A stretch of DNA of 60,808 nt from NCBI GenBank assembly GCA_046725935.1, contig JBKOZO010000090.1, forward strand, positions 1-60,808. Reading direction: 5' to 3'. This document shows positions 26,809 to 36,748 of this stretch, in pieces. Under the pieces are notes generated by a model. The model worked only from the letters and a program-made list of their open reading frames with translations. It had not been told where the DNA came from and did not search any database. This DNA comes from Acidobacteriota bacterium. GTDB taxonomy: Bacteria > Acidobacteriota > Thermoanaerobaculia > UBA5066 > Gp7-AA6. The position numbers and the translations under genes were made by a program. How positions within the stretch are numbered: the first letter of the stretch is position 1; each line of letters begins with the position of its first letter.

Positions 26809-27777
26809 ATGAAGGCGGTTCGCGTCCACGCGCCGGGAGGTCCCGAGGCCCTCGTCTTCGAGGACGTTCCGGAACCCAATCCCAAGGCCGGCGAGGTGCT
26901 CGTCCGCGTCGAGGCGGCGGGCGTCAACTTCATCGACGTCTATCACCGCACGGGCCTCTACAAGATCGCGATGCCCGACACGCTGGGCCGGGAAGGAGCC
27001 GGCACGGTGGAGGCCGTTGGGCCGGACGTCACGGACTTTTCTCCCGGCGATCGTGTGGCGTGGGCGTTGGTGCCCGGCTCCTACGCCGAGAAGATGGTCG
27101 TTCCGGCGGAGCGCCTTGTGAAGGTTCCCGACGGGGTGCGGACTCGCGTCGCCGCGGCGGCGATGCTCCAGGGAATGACGGCGCATTACCTCGCCTGCTC
27201 GACGTACCCTCTGAAGCCCGGCGACTCGTGTCTCGTGCACGCGGCGGCCGGCGGGGTGGGACTGCTCCTGACCCAGATCGCGAAGATGCGCGGCGCGCGC
27301 GTGCTCGGCACGGTCTCCACACCCGCGAAGGCGGAGCGATCGAAGGAAGCCGGAGCCGACGCGACGATCGACTACACCAAGGAGGACTTCGAGGCCGAGG
27401 CCAAGCGGCTGACTTCCGGCCGCGGAGTCGAGGTCGTGTACGACTCGGTGGGGAAGACGACTTTCGAGAAGAGCCTGGCGAGCCTCGCACGCCGCGGCAC
27501 ACTGGCGCTCTTCGGGCAATCGAGCGGCCCGGTGCCTCCCATGGATCCGCAGGTCCTCTCCCAGCGCGGCTCGCTCTTTCTGACCCGTCCGACGCTGGCC
27601 GACTACATCGCCACGCGGGAAGAGCTGCTGTGGCGCGCGGGCGAAGTGCTGGGTTGGATTCGCGACAAGCGCCTCACCGTGCGGATCGACCGGGAATTCC
27701 GACTCTCCGAGGCCGCCGCCGCGCACCGCGCCCTCGAGTCGCGAGACACGTCCGGCAAGGTGCTCCTCATCACCTAG
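26809..27777 (+). CDS. qor: NADPH:quinone oxidoreductase (zeta-crystallin/Qor)
   Basis: AAGVNFIDVYHRTG, QGMTAHYL, HAAAGGVG, YDSVGKTTF, SGKVLL. Confidence 0.92.
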   Translation: MKAVRVHAPGGPEALVFEDVPEPNPKAGEVLVRVEAAGVNFIDVYHRTGLYKIAMPDTLGREGAGTVEAVGPDVTDFSPGDRVAWALVPGSYAEKMVVPAERLVKVPDGVRTRVAAAAMLQGMTAHYLACSTYPLKPGDSCLVHAAAGGVGLLLTQIAKMRGARVLGTVSTPAKAERSKEAGADATIDYTKEDFEAEAKRLTSGRGVEVVYDSVGKTTFEKSLASLARRGTLALFGQSSGPVPPMDPQVLSQRGSLFLTRPTLADYIATREELLWRAGEVLGWIRDKRLTVRIDREFRLSEAAAAHRALESRDTSGKVLLIT

Positions 27778-27848
27778 TCGATCCGCTCCGCCTGTGAAAT
27801 GATGGCGCCACGCATCGCACGCCTCTGACGCTCGAGGAGGAGGAGATC

Positions 27849-28712
27849 GTGATCCTGGTGACGGGCGCCACGGGCAAGGTCGGGCGCGAAGTCGTCCGTC
27901 AGCTGGCGTCGGACAGCGTTCCGGTCCGCGCGTTCGTTCGCGATCCGGCGCGCGCGTCGAGCCTGCGCCTGCCCGGCGTGGACATCGCGGTAGGAGATCT
28001 CGGCCGGCCCGACACGCTCGATCGCGCGCTGTCGGGCGTGAATCGCGTCTTCCTGCTCTCGCCGGCCGATCCGGAGCAGGTCACGCTCCAGGGCAACGTC
28101 GTCCAGGCCTGCAAGCGGGCGGGAGTGGCGCGCGTCGTCAAGATCTCCGTCGCGGGAGGGCCCGACGCTGCCACGCAGATCGGGCGCTGGCACTGGACCA
28201 CCGAGAAGCAGATTGAGGCCTCCGGTCTGGGATTCACGATGCTCCGCCCGACGCTCTACATGCAGCAGACGCTGTCCTTCGCGCCGTCCGTCGCGACGAG
28301 CGGCAGCTTCTCGGCGCCCATGGGGACGGGTGAAGTCGCGATGGTGGACACGCGCGACGTCGCGGCCGTGGCCGTTCGCGCGCTGACCGAGGACGGCCAC
28401 GAGCACAAGATTTACGACGTGACGGGTCCCGAGGCGCTGTCGTTCGACGCCGTGGCCGACGCCATCTCCGAGGCGATCGGCCGCAAGATCTCCTACGTCC
28501 ACGTTCCGCCCGAATACGCGAAGAAGCAGATGCTCGGGGGAGGCGTGCCGCGCTGGCTGGTCGACGACATGCTGGTGCTCTTCGCCTCCTTCCGGGAAGG
28601 CTACGGGGCCACGGTGTCCGACGCCGTGCAGAGCGTGACCGGCCGGCGGCCGCGGTCCTTCCAACAGTTCGCCCGCGACCACGCCCACGCCTTCCTGGAG
28701 GGAAAGGCGTGA
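27849..28712 (+). CDS. NmrA-like NAD(P)H-binding oxidoreductase
   Basis: ILVTGATGKVG, LRPTLYMQ, VDTRDVAAVA, YDVTGPEAL. Confidence 0.9.
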   Translation: MILVTGATGKVGREVVRQLASDSVPVRAFVRDPARASSLRLPGVDIAVGDLGRPDTLDRALSGVNRVFLLSPADPEQVTLQGNVVQACKRAGVARVVKISVAGGPDAATQIGRWHWTTEKQIEASGLGFTMLRPTLYMQQTLSFAPSVATSGSFSAPMGTGEVAMVDTRDVAAVAVRALTEDGHEHKIYDVTGPEALSFDAVADAISEAIGRKISYVHVPPEYAKKQMLGGGVPRWLVDDMLVLFASFREGYGATVSDAVQSVTGRRPRSFQQFARDHAHAFLEGKA

Positions 28713-29845
28713 TCGCCGTCGCGATCGTGCTCGCCCTGCCGTCATTCGCTCCCACTCCGCCGCCGCCGCCACAACCGTTCCGGGCTCCCGTCCACATTCC
28801 GATGGGATCGACGCGCTCGCCGCAGGCCCTCGCCGCGGCGGACTTCGACGGCGACGGGAAGAAAGACCTCGCGGTCGCGAGCGACGGCAGCAACGACGTG
28901 ACGATCCTGCGGGGCGACGGCACCGGCGGACTGCGCGTGGCCGGCCGCTTTCCCTCGGGCCAACAGCCCGCCGAGGCGCTGGCCGTCGATCTCGACAAGG
29001 ACGGGAAGATCGACCTCGCGATCCCCAACCACGAGACGAGCGGGGTGACGCTGCTGAAGGGAGACGGGCGCGGAGGATTCCGTCCTTTTCCGCAGTCTCC
29101 GCTGACGGTGCACTCCAAGCCCCACCCCCACACGATCGACGCGTGCGACGCCAACGGCGACGGCTGGCTGGACCTGGTCGTCGACGACTGGGGCGAGAAT
29201 CGACTCACACTCGTGCTTTCCGACCGGAAGGGCGGCTTCCGCGGTCCCGGCACGCCGATCGAGGTCGGCCGGAAGCCGTACCGGAACCTCCGCGCAGGGG
29301 ATCTCGATGGCGACGGCCGGTGCGACATCGTCGCTCCGAGCTACGAACTCGGCGTGGTGACGGTGCTGATGGGCGACAGCCGCGGGAATTTCCAGGCGAA
29401 GCCGGCGATCACGGCCGGCCCCGCGCCGTTCGTGGTCGCGATCGCGGATCTCAATCGGGACGGCAAGCTCGACGTGGCGATGAACAATTACTCGGGCCAG
29501 ATCACCGATTCGAGCGACGACGCGTTGACGTTCCTCCTCGGCGACGGCCGCGGAGGCTTCCGGCTCGGTCCCCGGATCGCCACGGGCCGCGGGCCCTTCG
29601 ACGCTGCCGCCGGCGACATCGACGGCGACGGATACGCGGACGCCGCGGTGGCGAATCACGCGGGCGCAGACCTGACGGTCTCCTTCGGCGGACCCGACGG
29701 TCTGTCACCCTCGCGCACGGTCCAGGTTCCGATCGGGAGCAAGCCCGACCGTGTGCTTCTCACCGACTTGAACGGCGACGGGAAAGCGGATGCCCTGGCA
29801 GTCGCGATCGAGGACCACGACGTGGCGGTCCTGATCGCCCGCTGA
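28709..29845 (+). CDS. FG-GAP/VCBS repeat protein
   Basis: Seven DxDGDG-type repeats (ADFDGDGKKDLAV, GDLDGDG, ADLNRDGKLD, etc.). Confidence 0.9.
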   Translation: MIAVAIVLALPSFAPTPPPPPQPFRAPVHIPMGSTRSPQALAAADFDGDGKKDLAVASDGSNDVTILRGDGTGGLRVAGRFPSGQQPAEALAVDLDKDGKIDLAIPNHETSGVTLLKGDGRGGFRPFPQSPLTVHSKPHPHTIDACDANGDGWLDLVVDDWGENRLTLVLSDRKGGFRGPGTPIEVGRKPYRNLRAGDLDGDGRCDIVAPSYELGVVTVLMGDSRGNFQAKPAITAGPAPFVVAIADLNRDGKLDVAMNNYSGQITDSSDDALTFLLGDGRGGFRLGPRIATGRGPFDAAAGDIDGDGYADAAVANHAGADLTVSFGGPDGLSPSRTVQVPIGSKPDRVLLTDLNGDGKADALAVAIEDHDVAVLIAR

Positions 29846-29864
29846 GATCTCGAAAGGAGCGCCC

Positions 29865-30281
29865 ATGACGGCCAACGCGACTCTGGCGAGACGGTGGTTC
29901 GAGGAGGTCTGGAATCAGCGCAAGGACGAGACCGTGCGCGATCTGATGGCCGAGGAGTGCGACGGCCACATGGAAGGCGGGGACGTGCGCAGTCCGGCCG
30001 AGTTCCTCGCCGCCCGGGCAGCGCTCCTGGCGGCGTTCCCGGACATCGCGGTGAAGGTCGAAGACGTCGTCTCCGAGGGAGACAAGGTCGTCGTGCGCTG
30101 GTCCGCGAGCGGTACGCACCGGGGCGGCGAGCTCGGAATCCCGGCCAGCGGCAGGAAGGCGTCGTTTCGCGGAATGAGCTGGATTCGATTCGCGAACGGG
30201 AAGATCGTCGAGGGCTGGGACAGCTGGAACATGGGCCGGCTGCTGCAGGAGCTGGAGCCCCGGTCCGCCGCCGCCCTCTGA
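29865..30281 (+). CDS. SnoaL-like ester cyclase
   Basis: WFEEVWN, AFPDI, EGDKVVVRW, GTHRG, GKIVEGWD. Confidence 0.9.
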   Translation: MTANATLARRWFEEVWNQRKDETVRDLMAEECDGHMEGGDVRSPAEFLAARAALLAAFPDIAVKVEDVVSEGDKVVVRWSASGTHRGGELGIPASGRKASFRGMSWIRFANGKIVEGWDSWNMGRLLQELEPRSAAAL

Positions 30282-30394
30282 AGTCCACGCCGTCGCGCGG
30301 CCGCCCGCGGGAGCGGCCGCGCCCGACGCGGAAACCGTCATACCTCTTCGGTCGAAGCGGTAGGATTCGCCTGCTCGGTCTGAGGGAGGCTGCG

Positions 30395-30844
30395 ATGTCC
30401 GCTCGAATTCCGCCGACGTACGACGACGCTGTCCTCGTTCTGCGCCTCTTCGAGCTGCGCCGTGAAGAGAAGCTGCGGGCCGCGCGCGAGTGGTTCCGCA
30501 CGCAGTTCTTCCCGCGTTCCTTCGACGACGTGCGGACAGTGACGAGCACGAACGGTGCCGAGAACACGCATTACCGCATGGTCACCGGCTACTGGGACAT
30601 GGCCTGCTCGTTCGTGGCGAACGGCGTGCTCCATCCGGACCTCTTCTTCGAGTCGGGCGGCGAAGCGCTCTTCGTGTGGGCGAAGTTTTCGCCGTTCATC
30701 GAGGACCTGCGTCGGGATCAGCAGAACCCGAGGATCCTGGCCAACGTCGAGAAGGCGATCGCGATGACGCCCGGGGCGGCCGAAAGGGTCGCCGGCATAC
30801 GCGGCCGCCTCGACGCGATGCGCGAGCGCTACAGCCGCAGGTAG
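30395..30844 (+). CDS. Hypothetical protein (DUF4760-like)
   Basis: LRLFELRREEKLRAAREWF, RMVTGYWDMA; GGAGG RBS. Confidence 0.7.
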   Translation: MSARIPPTYDDAVLVLRLFELRREEKLRAAREWFRTQFFPRSFDDVRTVTSTNGAENTHYRMVTGYWDMACSFVANGVLHPDLFFESGGEALFVWAKFSPFIEDLRRDQQNPRILANVEKAIAMTPGAAERVAGIRGRLDAMRERYSRR

Positions 30845-30854
30845 ATCCCGTCTC

Positions 30855-31349
30855 TCAGAAGCCGAGGTCGCTCAGGCCGGGGTGCCCGTCGGGACGCCGT
30901 CCGAGGGCCCAGTGGTACTTGCGGTCCGACTCCTTGATCGGAAGGTCGTTAATGCTCGCCAGCCGGAGGCGCATGTAGCCGCGCTCGTCGAACTCCCAGT
31001 TCTCATTCCCGTAGGAGCGGAACCAGCTACCCGAGTCGTCGTGCCATTCGTAGGCGAAGCGCACGGCGATGCGGTTGTCCGCGAACGTCCAGAGTTCCTT
31101 GATGAGCCGGTAGTCGAGCTCCTTGGCCCACTTGCGTTTCAAAAACGCCACGATTTCCGGCCGGCCGCTGAAGAACTCGGAGCGGTTTCGCCAGCGCGAG
31201 TCGGGCGAGTAGGCCATCGAGACCTTCTCCGGGTCGTGTGTGTTCCACGCGTCCTCGGCCAGGCGGACTTTCTGGACGGCAGTTTCGCGGGTGAACGGGG
31301 GCAGGGGGGGCCGCGGCGCTTCGGGGGATCCAGCGGATGCGTCCTTCAT
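30855..31349 (-). CDS. DUF1348 / NTF2-like protein
   Basis: [40 protein letters not shown]. Confidence 0.92.
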   Translation of the reverse strand: MKDASAGSPEAPRPPLPPFTRETAVQKVRLAEDAWNTHDPEKVSMAYSPDSRWRNRSEFFSGRPEIVAFLKRKWAKELDYRLIKELWTFADNRIAVRFAYEWHDDSGSWFRSYGNENWEFDERGYMRLRLASINDLPIKESDRKYHWALGRRPDGHPGLSDLGF

Positions 31350-31406
31350 GATGGCTCCTTCGTCATTCGTTCTTCCGGTGATCCATGCAACGGACGCGCC
31401 GACCGG

Positions 31407-32750
31407 TCATCGCGCGGCATCGCAGGCCTCGCCGAGAATCTGCCGGATCCGCGGCTCCCATTCCCGGTGCTCGGGTTTCATGAGGACCGAGCGCAGGCAC
31501 GTCACGCGCTCGGCGTCGAGGCCGAAGAAGCGTCCGGGAAGCTCCGCCAGGGCCAGGTGGAGATCTCGCTTCGCAGCTTCTTCGAAGACGCGGCGGGCGC
31601 GGGCGGAAGACTCGGCGGGGCTCCGTTCGTGGACGGCCCAGACCACGATGTCGAGCTCGGGCTCGAACGCCGGCGTCCACCTCGCGTCGGCCGCGAGGTT
31701 CGCGTGCAGCGCGCACGCCGCCTCTCGCGAGGCTTCCAGGCCTCTCGCGAACGTCCCGCCGCGCGTCAAAGGAAGCAGACGCTGGGTCGCCCAGAGCGCG
31801 ACGGCCGAGGCGCCGGGGCGCGAGCACTCGAGGCTGATCTCCCCGAGGTGGAGCTGTGCGGAGGAGAAGTACGTGTACGGAGAGTCGTGCTTGTAGAAGC
31901 GGCCCACCGAAGGATCGCGGAAGAGCACGCAGCCGCATCCGTAGGGCTGGAGGCCGTGCTTGTGGGGATCGATCACGATCGAGTCGGCTTGCCCGATCGC
32001 GTCGAACGCGCGGCGGGCCGGCGGCGCGAGATTGCCGGCGAGCGTGTAGTAGCCGCCGTACGCGGCGTCCGCGTGGACGCGCGCGCCGTGGCGGCGAGCC
32101 AGCTCCAGGATCTCCGGCAGCGGATCGACCGAGCCGGTGGCGGTGCTTCCCATCGTGGCGACGATCGTGCCGACGCCGCCGCGCGCCAGGCGCGCCGCGA
32201 GGGCGTCGGTGTCCATCCGGCCGCGCCGGTCGCACTCCACGGGCTCGAACGGCATGCCCAGGACGGCGCTGATGCGCGAGTGCGTGTAGTGCGCCTGCGA
32301 CGACGCTACGACCACCGCGCCCGGACGGAGCTCCCGCGCGACCCAGAGGGCCTCGAGGTTGGCCATCGTCCCGCCGCCGCAGAGATGGCCGAGGTGGGTC
32401 TCCCAGCCGAACATCGCCGCGAGAGCCGCCACCGCCTCGCGCTCCATCGCCGAAGACGCGCGTCCGCCGTCGAGCGCATGGTTGTTGGGATTGATCCAGA
32501 GCGACAGCGCGTAGGCGAGGCGGGCCACCGGGTGGGGAGGCTTGAGCATCTGTCCCGCATAGAGCGGGTGGAAGTACGGGAAGTTGTCGTGGAGGCGCGA
32601 CGCCGCCTCGCGGAGAATGCACCGGAGCTCGCCGGCATCCAGGGTCGGCGCGCCCGCGGACGGAAGGCGCGCGAATCCTTCGGCGAGGCGCTCGACCGCG
32701 GCGCGAAGCTCTACGGCCGACTCTTCCGCGCCGAGGTCTGCGCCGTTCAT
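31407..32750 (-). CDS. PLP-dependent decarboxylase (group II)
   Basis: YFHPLYAGQM, GGTMANLEAL, HADAAYGG, DPHK. Confidence 0.88.
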   Translation of the reverse strand: MNGADLGAEESAVELRAAVERLAEGFARLPSAGAPTLDAGELRCILREAASRLHDNFPYFHPLYAGQMLKPPHPVARLAYALSLWINPNNHALDGGRASSAMEREAVAALAAMFGWETHLGHLCGGGTMANLEALWVARELRPGAVVVASSQAHYTHSRISAVLGMPFEPVECDRRGRMDTDALAARLARGGVGTIVATMGSTATGSVDPLPEILELARRHGARVHADAAYGGYYTLAGNLAPPARRAFDAIGQADSIVIDPHKHGLQPYGCGCVLFRDPSVGRFYKHDSPYTYFSSAQLHLGEISLECSRPGASAVALWATQRLLPLTRGGTFARGLEASREAACALHANLAADARWTPAFEPELDIVVWAVHERSPAESSARARRVFEEAAKRDLHLALAELPGRFFGLDAERVTCLRSVLMKPEHREWEPRIRQILGEACDAAR

Positions 32751-33280
32751 GCGGCCGGCGGCCCGAACGCGGCCCGCACGTCGCCGCGCCGAAGGACGTA
32801 GATGGTGCCGCCGAAGAGGAGGAGCCCGACGATGCCGATCACGACCGCGACCGCGAGGCCCGCCACCCTGGCCTCCGCCGCGCCAGAGACGGCTTCGCGG
32901 GCGGCCGCGAGGGTCACCGCCGCGGCGAAGGCGGAGATGGCGAGGGTCGCCAGGACTCCGACCGCGGCCACGGCGATCATCACTCTTCGCGCCCACGGCT
33001 TCATCTGCAGCAGCGACCAGGCGAGGTACGCGACCGACGACGCGACGACGATCTGGATCGCGAAAATCGTCGAGCCGTGGCGCACCACCACGTCGGCGCC
33101 CAACGCGCGGGCGGCCTTGAGGGAGTCCAACGGGAGAAACGGGATCCCCTGGTCGAGTCCTCCGAATCGCCAGACGAAGCAGCCCAGCAGACCGTTGCCG
33201 GCGCGGATCAGGGCGATGACGAGCCAGGTCCATCCGATGACCGTCACCGCGCGGGGGCGCTCTGGGGCTGGCGCGTCCAT
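32747..33280 (-). CDS. Hypothetical membrane protein
   Basis: RP..VTVIG start, 4 hydrophobic segments; ATGA overlap with the decarboxylase. Confidence 0.7.
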   Translation of the reverse strand: MDAPAPERPRAVTVIGWTWLVIALIRAGNGLLGCFVWRFGGLDQGIPFLPLDSLKAARALGADVVVRHGSTIFAIQIVVASSVAYLAWSLLQMKPWARRVMIAVAAVGVLATLAISAFAAAVTLAAAREAVSGAAEARVAGLAVAVVIGIVGLLLFGGTIYVLRRGDVRAAFGPPAA

Positions 33281-33364
33281 CGTGCTCGTCGGGAATCATA
33301 TGGCGGCCGGCGCCGGGAACCTTCCGCGTCGGCGCGGGTTCCCACTCTCCGGAGGACTCGGAGG

Positions 33365-34264
33365 ATGGACCGTACCCGTCTGCCGCGGCGCCTGGCCGTC
33401 GCGGCCATGCTCGTCGTCGCCGTGATCGGCGGTCTCGTCGTGACCAGCCGTGCGTATCGCATGGAGAGTGAGACCGTCGACGAGGCGGCCGCGCGCCTGA
33501 CCGCGCTCGCCTTTCGCGAGGCGCGTCCTCGGGCCTCCGGCGTCGCGGGCGCCGCACTGGCCGCGATGTTCGAAGCCCATCGGCTCGTCCGATCCGCGGC
33601 ACTGTCCGTCGAGGTCGCCTCGTATCCCGATGCGGCCGAGAGGGCGGTCGCGATCGCCCAGGCCCACGGAGGGTATCTCGCGGATTCCCGCGTGGCGCGA
33701 GATCCCGGCGGTCGGCAGAGGGGCACGCTGACACTGCGCGTTCCCGCGGGCCGCTTCGATGCGGCGTTTCGCGAGCTCAAGGGGCTCGGCCGCGTCGAGG
33801 CGGCGAGTGTGGAGACCCGCGACGTCACGAAGGAATACGCGGACCTCGCGGCGCGGGTGTCGGCCAAGCGCGAGGCGAGGCAGAGACTGACCGACATTCT
33901 CCGAACGCGAACCGGCGACCTCGCTGATCTCGTCGCCGCGGAAAAGGAGCTCTCGCGCCTGATCGAAGAGATCGAGGAGCTCGAGGGAACTAGGCTGTAC
34001 TACGAGCGGCAGACGGCGCTGTCCACGATCGCCGTGGATCTGGCCGAGCCCGTGGTCTTCCTGCGCGACGGGGCGCTCGCGCCTCTTTCGAAGGCGTTGC
34101 GCGACGCGCTCCCGCTTCTGGCGGGCTCGGCGGCGGCGATGGTCTACACCGCGGCGGCGGCTCTGCCCTGGGCGATCGCCGTGCTCGTAGTCTGGAAGAT
34201 GCGCCGGAAGACCGGTGCGCGGCTCGGACTCTCAGCGGCCCGCTTCGCGGGCCAACCGAAATGA
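33365..34264 (+). CDS. DUF4349 domain protein
   Basis: LTLRVPAGRFD, RDVTKEYADL, EKELSR, LSTIAVDL; the C-terminus reads into repeat family 2. Confidence 0.85.
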   Translation: MDRTRLPRRLAVAAMLVVAVIGGLVVTSRAYRMESETVDEAAARLTALAFREARPRASGVAGAALAAMFEAHRLVRSAALSVEVASYPDAAERAVAIAQAHGGYLADSRVARDPGGRQRGTLTLRVPAGRFDAAFRELKGLGRVEAASVETRDVTKEYADLAARVSAKREARQRLTDILRTRTGDLADLVAAEKELSRLIEEIEELEGTRLYYERQTALSTIAVDLAEPVVFLRDGALAPLSKALRDALPLLAGSAAAMVYTAAAALPWAIAVLVVWKMRRKTGARLGLSAARFAGQPK

Positions 34265-34279
34265 GAGGGGAAGTCGCTT
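34221..34279. repeat. Hairpin repeat, family 2 (copy B)
   Basis: 53/59 identical to 26705-26763; followed by a further inverted repeat, AACGCGTGC...GCACGCGTT. Confidence 0.85.
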
Positions 34280-34370
34280 TGAGAACTCTCTCCCTCGAAA
34301 ACGCGTGCAGTGCGATTATTGACGCACGCGTTCGCAAAACTTGGTCGCGTCGCGATTTGATTGTGTATGG

Positions 34371-35744
34371 CTACCTGGCTACTGGCGGAGAAGCGTGCGC
34401 GAGCCAACTCCGGAACACAGGAGTCGCGCGGATCGGATCGAAGTCGCTGTCTTTCTCCAGAAAATCGAAGCGGCGAAATCCCTTGGCAACGGCGCGATCG
34501 AGGTCCTTGCACGCCTGCGAGGCGTCCCCGAACCGCGCGGCGGCGGCCGCGAGGTTGTAGTCCACGTTCGGGTTCTCGGGGTCGATCTCGCCGGCCACGG
34601 AGTAGAGCATCCGTGCTCTCGCGAGCTCGCGCTTGTCGAGCATCTGCTGCGGAAGATAGAAGCCCGTCTGGGCCCTCAGGTTCACCAGGATCCTCTCGGC
34701 CGAGAGCCGCTCCTCGGGAGACGGATCGGACGCCGCCTTCTTTCGAAGAGCCGGAATGCCGAGCTGGGCCGCGACGAAGCCCGGCGCCGGAACCTCCGAC
34801 TGCTCGGCTGCGTGGCGCACGATTCCCGCCAGGCGCGAGAGCGTGGCGCGGTCTCGCTCGTCGCGTGCGCGGGCCTCCCTGACCGCGCTTCGGACCTCAC
34901 GGGATTCGGCGAGGCGCTTCGCGGCGACCTCGGCCTCGGCGGTGTCCACGAGTCCCCGGAAGTCCTCGGCCGCGTACGCGTAGAGCGCCGCCGCTTCCGC
35001 CGCCCGGCCTCCGGTCTCGGCGGCGCGGGCTGCGGACGACGCCTCGGCGTACAGCGACGCGATCCGCTCGCCGTCGCGGGGTCTCGTGCCGGCCTTCATC
35101 GCTTCGAGCTCCATCCACACGATTGCGGCGCGAGCGACCGGTTCCGGCGCCCACTGGTGCGGACCGTCGAAAAACGCGATGCGATGGGAGGCCTTGACCG
35201 CCGAGAGCTTCTCGTCGAGGGAGCGCATCTCGTAATAGTTCATGTCCCGGTCGCCGACCGTCCCGAAGAATCCGAAGGACGGGGCCTGGCGGATCGGCGC
35301 CGAGGCGTGCGGGAAGCCGGCGCCGCAGCCGATGACGCCGGCAAACACCTTCGGAAGCTCCAGCGCCATCGCGACGGAGGCGCGGCCTCCTCCCGAGAAA
35401 CCGCCGATGTAGGTGCGGCGCTCGTCGAGCGAGAGCGTGGCGTGCGTGTCCTTCCACATCGCGCGCATCGCCGGCGTGTTCGGATCGTCCCTGGTATCGC
35501 TCTGCGAGTTGTAGGAAGAGACCAGGATCCAGCCGAACTCCTCGGCGGCGGCGCGAAACCGCTCGATCGGCACGAGGGCGTTGCCACGGGCGTCGAGCAG
35601 GTAGAGGACCGGCCATGCCCGAGACGCGGAATAAGCGGACGGAAGGGAGAGCGCGTAGCTCTGGTCCGGGGCATCCTTGCAGACGATCTTTTCCGTCACC
35701 TGGCCGGGCGCGAGCGCGGCCACGAGGGCGAGGGCGGCGATCAC
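34371..35744 (-). CDS. Secreted alpha/beta hydrolase-like protein with C-terminal TPR
   Basis: GTG at 35744 overlapping the gap stop; GGFSGGG elbow, GDRD, FDGPH; TPR-like DYNLAAAAAR. Confidence 0.75.
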   Translation of the reverse strand: MIAALALVAALAPGQVTEKIVCKDAPDQSYALSLPSAYSASRAWPVLYLLDARGNALVPIERFRAAAEEFGWILVSSYNSQSDTRDDPNTPAMRAMWKDTHATLSLDERRTYIGGFSGGGRASVAMALELPKVFAGVIGCGAGFPHASAPIRQAPSFGFFGTVGDRDMNYYEMRSLDEKLSAVKASHRIAFFDGPHQWAPEPVARAAIVWMELEAMKAGTRPRDGERIASLYAEASSAARAAETGGRAAEAAALYAYAAEDFRGLVDTAEAEVAAKRLAESREVRSAVREARARDERDRATLSRLAGIVRHAAEQSEVPAPGFVAAQLGIPALRKKAASDPSPEERLSAERILVNLRAQTGFYLPQQMLDKRELARARMLYSVAGEIDPENPNVDYNLAAAAARFGDASQACKDLDRAVAKGFRRFDFLEKDSDFDPIRATPVFRSWLAHASPPVAR

Positions 35745-36748
35745 GATCCCAGGGCGGCGAGCCGGTCCAGCAGATCCACGACGCGGCAGGAGTAGCCCCA
35801 CTCGTTGTCGTACCACGCGACGACTTTGACGAAGCCGTCTCCCTCGGCCCGCGTCGAGAGCGCGTCGAAGATCGAGGAGTGCGGGTTGCCGATGATGTCC
35901 GAGGAAACCAGCGGCACCTCGCTGTACTCGACGATTCCCGACAGCGGACCGCCGGCTGCTTTCTTCACGGCGGCGTTGACGTCGGCGGCGGACGGCTTCG
36001 CGCGAACCCGGCAAGTCAGGTCCACGATCGAGCCGTCGGGCACAGGCACGCGCATCGCCATTCCGTCGAGCCTGCCGGCGAGCCCGGGCAGGACCTTGCC
36101 GACCGCGCGAGCGGCACCGGTCGTCGTCGGAATGATGTTCTCCGCGGCGGCGCGGCTGCGCCGCAGATCCTTGTGCGGCACGTCGGCGAGGCGCTGGTCG
36201 TTGGTGTAGGCGTGGACCGTGGTCATCAACCCTTCTTCGATACCGAACGCGTCGTCGAGGATCTTCGCGACGGGAGCGAGGCAGTTGGTCGTGCAGGACG
36301 CGTTGGAGACGAGGCGGTGCGACGGCGAAAGCGTTCGGTCGTTGACGCCGACGACGATCATCGCGTCGATCTCGTCCTTGGCCGGAACGGTCAGGATCAC
36401 CCTCTTCGCGCCCGCCGCGAGGTGCTTCTCGAGGTCCTTGCGCGTCAGGAGCTTGCCCGTGGACTCGACGACGATTTCGACGCGGTGCTCCTTCCACGGG
36501 ATCTTCGAGGGGTCCTTCTCGGAGGTCATCTCGGTGCGGCGGCCGTCGACCGTCATGCTCTCGGCGTCGGTCTTCACGTCTCCCGGAAAGACTCCCATCA
36601 CGGTGTCGTACTTCAGGAGGTAGGCGAGGTGGTCGTTGTCGTAGAGATCGTTGATGACGGCGACCTCGACGTCGCGGCGCTCGGCGAGGATGCGAAAGAC
36701 GGTACGGCCGATCCGCCCGAATCCGTTGATCCCGACGCGCACCGTCAT
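35741..36748 (-). CDS. gap: Glyceraldehyde-3-phosphate dehydrogenase, type I
   Basis: GINGFGRIGR, SNASCTTNCLAP, TTVHAYT, IPTTTGAA, MRVP, WYDNEWGY. Confidence 0.97.
   Translation of the reverse strand: MTVRVGINGFGRIGRTVFRILAERRDVEVAVINDLYDNDHLAYLLKYDTVMGVFPGDVKTDAESMTVDGRRTEMTSEKDPSKIPWKEHRVEIVVESTGKLLTRKDLEKHLAAGAKRVILTVPAKDEIDAMIVVGVNDRTLSPSHRLVSNASCTTNCLAPVAKILDDAFGIEEGLMTTVHAYTNDQRLADVPHKDLRRSRAAAENIIPTTTGAARAVGKVLPGLAGRLDGMAMRVPVPDGSIVDLTCRVRAKPSAADVNAAVKKAAGGPLSGIVEYSEVPLVSSDIIGNPHSSIFDALSTRAEGDGFVKVVAWYDNEWGYSCRVVDLLDRLAALGS

Noticed and set aside
28709-29845. Periodic GACGGCGACGG-type DNA repeats
   Set aside because: Explained by protein-level FG-GAP/VCBS repeats; not a CRISPR or DNA element.
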